From Candidatus Effluviviaceae Genus IV sp. (GTDB lineage: Bacteria; Joyebacterota; Joyebacteria; Joyebacterales; Joyebacteraceae), in assembly GCA_014728245.1 (NCBI GenBank), contig WJLY01000009.1, positions 1 through 37,152 of the forward strand: a stretch of DNA of 37,152 nucleotides, in the 5' to 3' direction. Below the pieces are notes generated by a model, which made no database searches, was not told the DNA's origin, and saw nothing but the letters and a program-made list of their open reading frames with translations. Shown here piece after piece: positions 7,326-15,298 of the stretch (the first letter of the stretch is position 1; every line of letters starts with the position of its first letter). Both the position numbers and the translations under genes were made by a program.

Positions 7326-8564
7326 CTAGAACGAGTGGACCAGCGTCGCCATCGCCTGCGTCGTCGTCTCCTTGAGCGTGGCGTCGCCGACGTCGTACTC
7401 GCGCATCATGATCCGCCCGCCGACGTCCACCCTTGCGCCCAGAAGGTTCAGGCCGACTCCCGCGCAGAAACCCGTGCGGGCGACGGTGTTGTCGACGTAC
7501 GAAGGCTCGTAGATGAAGCCGAAGCGCGCCTGTGTGTCGTCGTAGTAACCGTGCTCGATTCCCACCCTGTAGACGACCGTGTCGTCCAGCTCCGGGTCCT
7601 CTTCAACGCTTCCGTCCTCGAACTCGGACCACCTCACGTACTCGACGTCGAATGAGACCGTGGTCATGATGAGATTCCGCGGATGGTACTCGAATCCGAC
7701 CGCGAAGGCGTCGGGATAGCCGTACGTGAAGCTCCCGGACGCGGTCGAATCGGGACCCGTGGCGCTCATCGAATAGTCGTCGACGTCCAGATCGAACGCG
7801 GAGCGGTAGACGAACGCTATGTCGACCCGGTGGAGCGTCTCCACCAGAAGGCCGGCCGTGAACTGCGTGCCCGAGACGTCGTCGTACTCCCACCGCGTCT
7901 CCGAATCCGACTCCTCGGAGTCCGGCGGGTAGACGTATCGCTCCCGGTCCTCGAAGTCGCCGCGGATAAAGTCGACGCCCAGTCCGAGGTGGACGTCCCT
8001 GTATACCTCCTGCCCCAGCGCTACCGTGAACGCGCTCACCGCGCCGTCGCCCTCGGCGTAGTAGTCGTAGAGGATCTTGTCGTTGGGCTCGGTCTGGCTG
8101 TCGGGATCCCGGTACTGGACATGGTACTTGTAGTTCATGTCCAGCCTGGGTCCGTAACCCACGCCTACCGTCGGCGCCCACGTGAGGTCGTCGGGCGGCG
8201 TATAGGCCACGTTCAGCATGTAGTGGTCGTAGAACCCGGTGTTCAGGGCGAACGTGTTCTCGGCGATGATGCCGTCGAAGCTGTCGTGGAGCGGCACGTC
8301 TCGAGACTCCTCAGCCGCCATTCCGAAAGCGGTGGCGGCCACCTGAAGCCCCTGGTTCTTTCCCAGAAGGGCCGGGTTCAGGCCGATGCCTCTCGCGCCG
8401 TCGGCCGACGCCATTCCGGCCCCGCCCATCGCCATCGACCTTCCGTCGATGGGAGGCAAGGGATCGCCGTACTGCTGCCAGCCGGTGTAGGTGTATGCGC
8501 CCGCCGAAGCGGCCGTAACCGCCACGCACAGGGCAGCCAGCGCCGCAGCTCGCACGTGCCGCAT
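7326..8564 (-). CDS. outer-membrane beta-barrel, FadL/PorV superfamily
   Basis: ATG at 8562-8564 follows AGGAGG at ideal spacing, giving the signal peptide MRHVRAAALAALCVAVTAASAGA. The N-terminal hatch-like motif GRSMAMGGAGMASADGARGIGLNPALLG resembles FadL/PorV families. Alternating amphipathic strands follow, with a terminal ...LVHSF (aromatic last residue). Confidence 0.7.
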   Translation of the reverse strand: MRHVRAAALAALCVAVTAASAGAYTYTGWQQYGDPLPPIDGRSMAMGGAGMASADGARGIGLNPALLGKNQGLQVAATAFGMAAEESRDVPLHDSFDGIIAENTFALNTGFYDHYMLNVAYTPPDDLTWAPTVGVGYGPRLDMNYKYHVQYRDPDSQTEPNDKILYDYYAEGDGAVSAFTVALGQEVYRDVHLGLGVDFIRGDFEDRERYVYPPDSEESDSETRWEYDDVSGTQFTAGLLVETLHRVDIAFVYRSAFDLDVDDYSMSATGPDSTASGSFTYGYPDAFAVGFEYHPRNLIMTTVSFDVEYVRWSEFEDGSVEEDPELDDTVVYRVGIEHGYYDDTQARFGFIYEPSYVDNTVARTGFCAGVGLNLLGARVDVGGRIMMREYDVGDATLKETTTQAMATLVHSF

Positions 8565-8632
8565 CTTTGGCCTCCTGTCTCTTCTCTTCACAGTTGTTTT
8601 GATGCGATTCATCGTCTCAGGACTCCCTGTTG

Positions 8633-11113
8633 CTACCAGGAATAGTCGACCTGCAGCCTGAATCCCGACCAGTCGTCACGCACGTAAGACCCGTCCGGCT
8701 CGGGATTTCCGGGCGGGTTCCAGTTGTACTCCCTGGCGTCCAGATACGTTATCGGATACTTGTGGTCGCTGGTCCAGCGGAGCCTCAGCGCGAGATTGTC
8801 CGAGATCCTGTCGGAGAGAGAGATCCACCAGCGGAACGCCTTGCCGTCCACGACGGTGAACTGCCCGTCCTCGAAGGTCCAATAGAAGCCGTCGTAGTAC
8901 CCGAACGCCCCGCTCATGGCCAGCCAGTCGCTGAAGTTGTGGGTCACTACTCCTAGAAGCGCATAGGAGGGGGATCCCGCCGAACCGATGTCCGGATGAC
9001 CTCCGTCCGCCTCGATGTTGTCGGACAGCCTGGGCCTCGGCGGCCACTTGATCCACGACCGAGACAGCATGAACTCCACGTTGTCGTACTTCGAGAGGCG
9101 GTACTCGAGGTTGAACCTGGTCTCCGTTTGCGTGTAGCTCATCGGCGAGATCCAGTTCGACTCGAGCCGGCCCTGCCACTTCTGCCTCAGGTTCATGACA
9201 ATGTTGTAGATCGGCTGGAACCTGAGCTTCAGCACCAGTCGCGAGTAGTCCGAACCGTCGGCCTTCCGCTCCCAGACGTCGTATTCGACCGACGGCGTGA
9301 GGCGGTGGGAGAAGCGGTACCGCGACTCCAGGAAGAGCCCGCGCTCCGGCTGAGGCGTCACCGAGTTCAGGTACAAAAGCCCGTAGATCGGGTCCGCCAG
9401 GTAGAAGTAGTCCTCGAGCACGGTGCCCTTGTAGCGCTTGTACTGCGAGAAGGCCCTCGAGTACGGGTTGTCGTAGTCGATGTCATAGTCACGGTAGATG
9501 GCCAGCAGGTTCAGGTTGCTGTAGGCCGCGTAGCCGTTCAACACGAAGGCGTTCGGGTCATCCCCGAACTCGAATATCTCGCCGTCGCTGTCGAGGCCGG
9601 CGTACTCCCCCGCGAACGAGTAGTTGTCGTGCACCCACTGGAACTCCGCGCCGTAGACCCTGCGGAACTTGCCGGGGCTCGTGTAGGTGCTGAAGTACTC
9701 GCCGTCCATGGCGACCAGATGATCCTCGTCCGCGTCGGGAACCATCCACGTGACGTCGATCGGTGTCGAGGGATCGTACGCAGCCTTGAAGTACTTGTTG
9801 TACCTGCTCTCGTAACCGGAGAGTCCCACCCAGGTCCCGGGTCCGAAGTTGTACTTGAGGTTGCCGCCGAAGGTCTGCTCGTGGAGCACGTCGCGCATCG
9901 GCCTTAGGCCCGCGCCCTTGAGATCGTCGTTCCGGATCCTCGGCGACATGATGATGTACTGATTGGCCGTGCCGTCGGGATTCAGGACCGCGTCCTTCCA
10001 GTCGTCGGAGTAGAAGAAGATGCCCTTCAGGGGACCCGCCGTCGCCTCGGCTGCTGCGCCCGAGAGCTGGAACTCCTGCGTCTGAGACAGGTCGCCGATG
10101 ATGCCTATGTAGCGGTGCTCCCATCCGAAGCCCGAGTTCCTTGGCTTGTAGAAGTCGGTGTTCTGCATCACGAGGCCCTGGCCCCAGGCCACGGCGTAGT
10201 TTCCCAGGATGATGTTGTCGAAGTGGACCGGCCCCGCCTTCTTGTCCTTGACGGTGGCGTGGAACTTGACCGCGTCCAGCTCTTCGTCCGCCCCCAGCCC
10301 GCGGTGGGCCAGCGCTCCCGCCCTTATGTCCTGACCCCACCTGAGCCTGAGCTTGTGCTGATAGGTGGGCGCATCGTTGCCCAGATCGAGGCGGTCCCAC
10401 CACGAGTCGTAGGCCTCGTCGGCTGGATTGCGGTCCTCACGGAGGCAGTCCTCAACGTCGAAGAGCGTCGAAGCGCTGCTGACCCTGTACTGGTAGCTTC
10501 CCCGAAGGTCGGCTGCCTCGCTCGGCTCCTCGTACCTGACGAAGTTTCTTGCGTTGTAGTACCCCCAGTAAGTGAGTCCGGGCACGTTGCGGAGCTGCGA
10601 ACGGTACTCGATCCTGTTCCTGCGAGTGTACCTGTAGATCGCAGCCGCATCGGACGGAGAGACGTTCTGCAGATTCGCAAGCTCCGTGTACGTGGCGGTG
10701 TTGACGTTGATCGGATCCTTCGCGAGGTCGATCCACTGGTCAACCAGAGCCTCGCTCGCGCCCTCCTCGGCCTCCCACCGGCGAATCCTGTAGTAGATCT
10801 CGTTGATCCGCTGGAGCTCCTCGTCCTCCACCGTCACCGGCACCACCTTGACCAGCGGCTTGAGCGTGTTCATCTCCTCCACGGAGATCTCGCCCAGCTC
10901 CCTGAGATCGTAGATGCTGTCGTAGTACCGGTGGTACTCCTTGTGCCACCAGATCGCGTAGGCGTCCTCGTCGGAGATCGGAAGCTCCTTGATCTCCTCG
11001 AGGCTGGCCGCGTTCAGGTCGAGCTTCTCGTCCCCATACGCTGTCGGGGCGGCAGCAAGGAGCCCCAGGAGTACAAGCATCCCCAGAAGCCCCGCGGCCG
11101 TTCTGTGTCTCAT
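8633..11113 (-). CDS. ComEA-like helix-hairpin-helix region fused to a large outer-membrane beta-barrel (826 aa)
   Basis: Trimmed from track ORF 8633..11458. ATG at 11111-11113 follows GGGAGGT, giving the signal peptide MRHRTAAGLLGMLVLLGLLAAAPTAYG. Two ComEA-type units are present: LDLNAASLEEIKELPISDEDAYAIW and INVNTATYTELANLQNVSPSDAAAIYRY. About 600 aa rich in Y/W/G/D/N alternating strands follow, ending ...RLQVDYSW. Confidence 0.8.
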   Translation of the reverse strand: MRHRTAAGLLGMLVLLGLLAAAPTAYGDEKLDLNAASLEEIKELPISDEDAYAIWWHKEYHRYYDSIYDLRELGEISVEEMNTLKPLVKVVPVTVEDEELQRINEIYYRIRRWEAEEGASEALVDQWIDLAKDPINVNTATYTELANLQNVSPSDAAAIYRYTRRNRIEYRSQLRNVPGLTYWGYYNARNFVRYEEPSEAADLRGSYQYRVSSASTLFDVEDCLREDRNPADEAYDSWWDRLDLGNDAPTYQHKLRLRWGQDIRAGALAHRGLGADEELDAVKFHATVKDKKAGPVHFDNIILGNYAVAWGQGLVMQNTDFYKPRNSGFGWEHRYIGIIGDLSQTQEFQLSGAAAEATAGPLKGIFFYSDDWKDAVLNPDGTANQYIIMSPRIRNDDLKGAGLRPMRDVLHEQTFGGNLKYNFGPGTWVGLSGYESRYNKYFKAAYDPSTPIDVTWMVPDADEDHLVAMDGEYFSTYTSPGKFRRVYGAEFQWVHDNYSFAGEYAGLDSDGEIFEFGDDPNAFVLNGYAAYSNLNLLAIYRDYDIDYDNPYSRAFSQYKRYKGTVLEDYFYLADPIYGLLYLNSVTPQPERGLFLESRYRFSHRLTPSVEYDVWERKADGSDYSRLVLKLRFQPIYNIVMNLRQKWQGRLESNWISPMSYTQTETRFNLEYRLSKYDNVEFMLSRSWIKWPPRPRLSDNIEADGGHPDIGSAGSPSYALLGVVTHNFSDWLAMSGAFGYYDGFYWTFEDGQFTVVDGKAFRWWISLSDRISDNLALRLRWTSDHKYPITYLDAREYNWNPPGNPEPDGSYVRDDWSGFRLQVDYSW

Positions 11114-11184
11114 CGTACCTCCCGCGTCTCTTCGGTTCGTGAAGACCGCGCCGACGTCCGGCGCAGGCCCCGGCCCGAGACCTC

Positions 11185-12066
11185 CTAGAATGCGTAGCCC
11201 AGAGCGAAATGGTGCGAGCCCGGAAGCGTGGCGTGCGACGTATAGCTGTAGTCGACTCGAACGCCCTTCCAGTGCGTCCCGAAGCCGACCGACAGGCGGT
11301 CGGGCTGGTTCTGCAGTCCGCCACGCAGCGTTATGTAGTCGGTGACCTCCATCTCCAGCCCGAAGCAACTCCTCAGGTCCTCGTCGTCCTGCTTCTGCAT
11401 CTCGAGCACGGTGTTGACCCCGCCGTACGGGCTGTACGCGACTCCGGCCGTGAACCACTGCGGAAGGTCCTCGGCGTCGGGATCGCCCAGCTTCGGGTTG
11501 TTCAGGTTCTTCGCGAAGAACCCGAAGCTTGTCCGGCCGCGCAGCGTTCCGATCACGCCGACGTCGATCCCGAACGTGCTCGCTGAGCCAAGATCGTGAC
11601 CTCCCACGCTCTCCTCCTCGAAGGAGAGGCCGTAGAAGCTGAACGAGTAGCCCAGGGAGAGCGACGAGTGGATGTCCTCCATCACCGTGAAGCCGTGTCC
11701 GAGGGCGACCGAGTACTCGTTCTCCAGATCGACTCCCTCGTAGGACACGCTCAGGACCCTGGCGCCGAGGCCTATCGTGCCCTTGCCCGTGGGCATGGCG
11801 GCGGCGAATGAACCGAGGTCCAGAAACTCGTAGCCGTAGAGGTCGACGTAGGTCCCGTAGAACCCGAACTTATCCTGCTGCGCCAGGCCCGCGGGATTCG
11901 TGAAGATCGCGGTCTCGTCATCGGACACCGCGACGAATGCGCCGCCCATCGCGCGGGCTCTCGGCGACAGCACCAGGTTGTCGAACACACCCGCGGCGGC
12001 CGCCCACGACGGGACGAGAAGCGCCGCCAGTGCCGCAAGCGTGACTGCCAGTCTTGCTGTTCTCAC
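11185..12066 (-). CDS. PorV/PorQ-like outer-membrane beta-barrel (FadL/PorV superfamily)
   Basis: GTG at 12064-12066 follows AAGGAGG, giving the signal peptide (M)RTARLAVTLAALAALLVPSWAAAAG. The motif SPRARAMGGAFVAVSDDETAIFTNPAGLAQ matches my memory of the PorV-family N-terminus. The protein ends ...ALGYAF. Confidence 0.7.
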   Translation of the reverse strand: MRTARLAVTLAALAALLVPSWAAAAGVFDNLVLSPRARAMGGAFVAVSDDETAIFTNPAGLAQQDKFGFYGTYVDLYGYEFLDLGSFAAAMPTGKGTIGLGARVLSVSYEGVDLENEYSVALGHGFTVMEDIHSSLSLGYSFSFYGLSFEEESVGGHDLGSASTFGIDVGVIGTLRGRTSFGFFAKNLNNPKLGDPDAEDLPQWFTAGVAYSPYGGVNTVLEMQKQDDEDLRSCFGLEMEVTDYITLRGGLQNQPDRLSVGFGTHWKGVRVDYSYTSHATLPGSHHFALGYAF

Positions 12067-12121
12067 TTAGGCCTCCTTCGGGAGCGGGAAGGACCGTTCC
12101 CGCCTCAAACGCGTGTGTTCC

Positions 12122-15100
12122 CTAGTTGAGTTTCGTCCCGACGACGATCGGAACCGCCGAGTCGGTTATCTTCTCTCCGTCACGTGCGTCCGCCTGGATG
12201 TGGCAGATGTACACGCCGACGGGTACCTTCTTTCCATTGTCGTCCCGTCCGTCCCAGCTCCGCCTGATGTCACCCATGCACTTCCCGTCGTAGACGGTCG
12301 CCACCGCGCGGCCCTTGAGATCGTAGATCCGTACCGCCACGTGGCTGCACCCGTTGGAGAAGAACCCTATGTCTATCGACTCGCCGGACGAGATGTCGAG
12401 GACCTTCGCGTCCACGTCGAGTCTGGCGGTCCCTTCTCCGGCGCTGCCCAGCTTGACGATGTCGCTGTCGTACCTCGGCGCCAGCTCGTACCCGTCGAGG
12501 TACGGCTCGGTGTAGTCGTACTGCAGGACGATGCCCGTGACGTCGAGGCTGTCGCCGAGCGCGTACTGGCTGAAGTCGAGGTCTGTGAAGTTCTGGTAGA
12601 CCTGGCAGGCGCCCGAGCCGTCGTCTATGTAGATCGCGAACCCCTCGACGCTTACGACGACACCGGACGTCCTGGCGAGCGTGCCCTCCAGCCGCTCGCT
12701 CCCCACGTCACCGGTCCTGAGCACCGACGGTTCTATCGCGTCGAACCCCCTGGCCAGAACGGTTATGAGGGCGTTGGATATCTCCGTGGTCGAGCCCTCC
12801 GGGGTCGCCCACGGATCGCTGCTGTCGACGCTCCGGTACTCCACGACGAGACCGGAGCAAAGGAGCAGGTCGCCGACCATCGCGGGATGCGGCATGAGTT
12901 CGGGCGAATAGACGTTGAGGCCCCAACCTTCGGTGTCCTCGATGAAGATGTTCGTTCTGTCAGGCTGGAACACGCCCGGCTCGACTACCGCGAACCCGAC
13001 CGTCGTCGCTTCCTGCCCCCACAACGGCGAGTATCCGTTCTCGTCCCAGTCCTGGATCTCCGAGAGCGGCGTCACGACCGAGGGCGAGCCGCTGAAGGTG
13101 CCGTCGTGGGGATCGATCAGGTTCCCGCCGGCGTCGGACACGCCGGTGACGGAGATGTCGTAGACCTGATCGGGCGTCTGCTCGCCGGTCTTGAGAAGCA
13201 CGGTCCTGGCGTCTCGCGTGAGCCACGCGCCGCCCACCGTGAGCCTCTCCGCCAGGCCCTCCTGAGCTGTGATCTCGTAATTGGCCTCGTCGACGGCGTC
13301 GTCCTCGTCGACCGGCTCGTTGAACTCGACGAGCACGAACGTGCTGCCCCCGGTGCCGACGGTGACGATCTCGGGGGCCTTCCCGTCCCCCAGCACGTTT
13401 GCCGTGCCCGGGGTCGGCCAGGAAGAAAGCACGAAGTCGTGCGCTGAGTCGTCGGTGTCATCCTCCGTGAGATCGCGGACCAGCGAGTAGTGCTCGGGCG
13501 GCACGCCGGGATACGCGTCGGACGCGCCACCGAGCCCCTCAGTGCCCGGGCAGTGGTCGCTCTGGAAGTGGACCGGATCCCGGTACTCCATCGCGTCGAC
13601 AAGCTGCGTCAGGGTTCTGTCGGAGTAGAGGTACACGGCCTCCGCTCCGGGCAGAAGCGCGGGCGAGAGCGCCCCGTTCCTGTCGAACCCGCCCAGCAGC
13701 CGGATCTCCTGGCTCGTCGTCACGTCCCCGTCCGAATCCGAAACCAGGACCATGTTGGGCACGTCGTCCCACGTAGCGTCACCCTGCCAGTCGCTGTCGT
13801 CGAAGTCGGAATCGACCATCTCGAAGAGCTTGATCGCGTTCACGTCGAGACTGTCGCCGAACACCTTGAGGAAGCCGTACGACCGGGGCCCGGCCTCCTT
13901 GTAGGCGTCCTTCGTCACCACCAGCCGCTCGCCGGGGGCCAGTCTGACGGGCGGGTCGGTGGGGAATTCCCAGATGTTCGATCCGCCGCACGCCCCCGAG
14001 TCGTCCAGGTCCGCGAGCGCCCAGCCGGACACGTCGACCGTGTCGTCGCCCGGGTTCGCCAGTTCGATGAACTCCGCCCGGTCCTTGGCGTCCTGGTCCT
14101 CGAGCGAGTGAGCGTATACCTCCGTTATGAGGACCGCGCCCGGATCAGCCAGGAAGCCCACGACCACCTCGGGCGACTCCTGGATCGCCGCGGGTTCTCC
14201 GGCGGCCGGCGCCGTCGCGAAGACGAACGTGAATCCGCCGGCGGCGTCCGGAGCGACGATGTTCTCGATCTCCAGCGTTCCGATGTCGTCGACGGTGAGC
14301 GCCGCGCCCGATACGGTAACGAGGTCCGCCGTCGTGCTGTCTTCGACGACCGCGGCGCCCGTGAAGCCGGCACCCGAGAGAGCGACGTCCGAGGCCTGGC
14401 CCGAGAAGTTCCACCCCTCCGGGATCTCGACCACGATGCGCGTCAGAACGTCTGCTTCTCCTCTGAGCGAGAACGCCAGGTCTACGGTCTGGTTGGCGAA
14501 GACGCGTTCGGTCTCCGCCTCGGCGAACCCGCTCCCCGGCCCGCGCGACAGAACATGCTCGCGCGACGGCGGAAGCATCCCGTGCCCTCTCCAGGACGAC
14601 ACGGTTCTCAGTCTCGGCACGACGACCCCGTAGACGTCGAACGTGTCGCCCGGGGCCGGCGAGCCGCACACGTCGGTGTCCGCGTCGAACCACAGCCTGC
14701 AGGACGTATCGGCGTCCGCGACGTAGGTTGCCTGGTCGACGGCGCATGGCTCGTCGGGCCATTGATGCGGGAGCGTGAGGTACACCCGCCTCATGACCGC
14801 GTACGTCCCCTCGTAATCCTCGCCCTCCGACGTTGCCAGCATGCGCGGCGTCACGACGGCCGGCGCGGGCGGAGCGTGCCCGGTCGACAGAACCGCGATC
14901 CCGGCCTCCGGAACCTGGGACGTGTCGACCTCGATGTAGGTCTTCCTGAGCGAACCCGAACTCAGGTCGTAGAGAACCTCCCCCGTCACCATCACGCTGT
15001 CGCCCCTGGCGACCGCGGGCGAGGCGGTCAGGGGCTGCACGACGTTCACGCCTCCCGTCGCGTCCTGAATGTAGACGTCGTTGTTGGAGGCCAGATACCC

Positions 15101-15268
15101 CGTGCCGATAGTGACCACTCCCCTGACGGTCACGACCTGCTCAAAGAGAACGGGGTAGCCGTTCTCGTCATCGGCATTGACCTCCGAGATGTCTATGACC
15201 TGTCCCAGCGCGACGGACGGGAGCAGGACAAGCAACATCCCTGTCGTCAGTGCAAGGCCAAGTTTCAT
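12122..15268 (-). CDS. secreted modular protein (1048 aa): paired OB-like barrels, Ig-like region, LTD, SbsA-Ig-like domain, second paired OB-like barrels, FlgD-Ig-type C-terminal domain
   Basis: Signal peptide is MKLGLALTTGMLLVLLPSVALG. LTD motifs lie at about aa 377-622: VLITEVYAHS, EFIELANPG, VSGWALADL. OB-like pattern: VTVRGVVT...VYIQDATGGVNV...GDSVMVTGEV and VGFAVVEPG...IFIEDTEGWGLNV...GYELAPRYDSDI. The C-terminus is RIYDLKGRAVATVYDG...WDGRDDNGKKVPVGVYICHI...VVGTKLN. Confidence 0.9.
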   Translation of the reverse strand: MKLGLALTTGMLLVLLPSVALGQVIDISEVNADDENGYPVLFEQVVTVRGVVTIGTGYLASNNDVYIQDATGGVNVVQPLTASPAVARGDSVMVTGEVLYDLSSGSLRKTYIEVDTSQVPEAGIAVLSTGHAPPAPAVVTPRMLATSEGEDYEGTYAVMRRVYLTLPHQWPDEPCAVDQATYVADADTSCRLWFDADTDVCGSPAPGDTFDVYGVVVPRLRTVSSWRGHGMLPPSREHVLSRGPGSGFAEAETERVFANQTVDLAFSLRGEADVLTRIVVEIPEGWNFSGQASDVALSGAGFTGAAVVEDSTTADLVTVSGAALTVDDIGTLEIENIVAPDAAGGFTFVFATAPAAGEPAAIQESPEVVVGFLADPGAVLITEVYAHSLEDQDAKDRAEFIELANPGDDTVDVSGWALADLDDSGACGGSNIWEFPTDPPVRLAPGERLVVTKDAYKEAGPRSYGFLKVFGDSLDVNAIKLFEMVDSDFDDSDWQGDATWDDVPNMVLVSDSDGDVTTSQEIRLLGGFDRNGALSPALLPGAEAVYLYSDRTLTQLVDAMEYRDPVHFQSDHCPGTEGLGGASDAYPGVPPEHYSLVRDLTEDDTDDSAHDFVLSSWPTPGTANVLGDGKAPEIVTVGTGGSTFVLVEFNEPVDEDDAVDEANYEITAQEGLAERLTVGGAWLTRDARTVLLKTGEQTPDQVYDISVTGVSDAGGNLIDPHDGTFSGSPSVVTPLSEIQDWDENGYSPLWGQEATTVGFAVVEPGVFQPDRTNIFIEDTEGWGLNVYSPELMPHPAMVGDLLLCSGLVVEYRSVDSSDPWATPEGSTTEISNALITVLARGFDAIEPSVLRTGDVGSERLEGTLARTSGVVVSVEGFAIYIDDGSGACQVYQNFTDLDFSQYALGDSLDVTGIVLQYDYTEPYLDGYELAPRYDSDIVKLGSAGEGTARLDVDAKVLDISSGESIDIGFFSNGCSHVAVRIYDLKGRAVATVYDGKCMGDIRRSWDGRDDNGKKVPVGVYICHIQADARDGEKITDSAVPIVVGTKLN

Positions 15269-15298
15269 GCTTCCTGTCCTTTCGTATCCGTCGTGCGA

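Noticed and set aside
11114-11458. N-terminal extensions in the track for several minus-strand ORFs (8633..11458, 32072..33364, 31018..32046, 20102..21466, 1133..1927, 2231..5149, 16434..17810)
   Set aside because: In each case an internal start has a strong SD and gives a canonical signal peptide or family N-terminus. The extension is Arg/Gly-rich and often overlaps the upstream gene.
12067-12121. Hairpins in short spacers (12085-12104 gcgggaa/ttcccgc; 22469-22488; 11143-11159; 37118-37135) as terminators
   Set aside because: They are GC stems without a following U-tract and sit within tightly packed co-directional genes. They are more likely mRNA-stability or processing structures, if functional at all. 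There is not enough evidence to annotate them.
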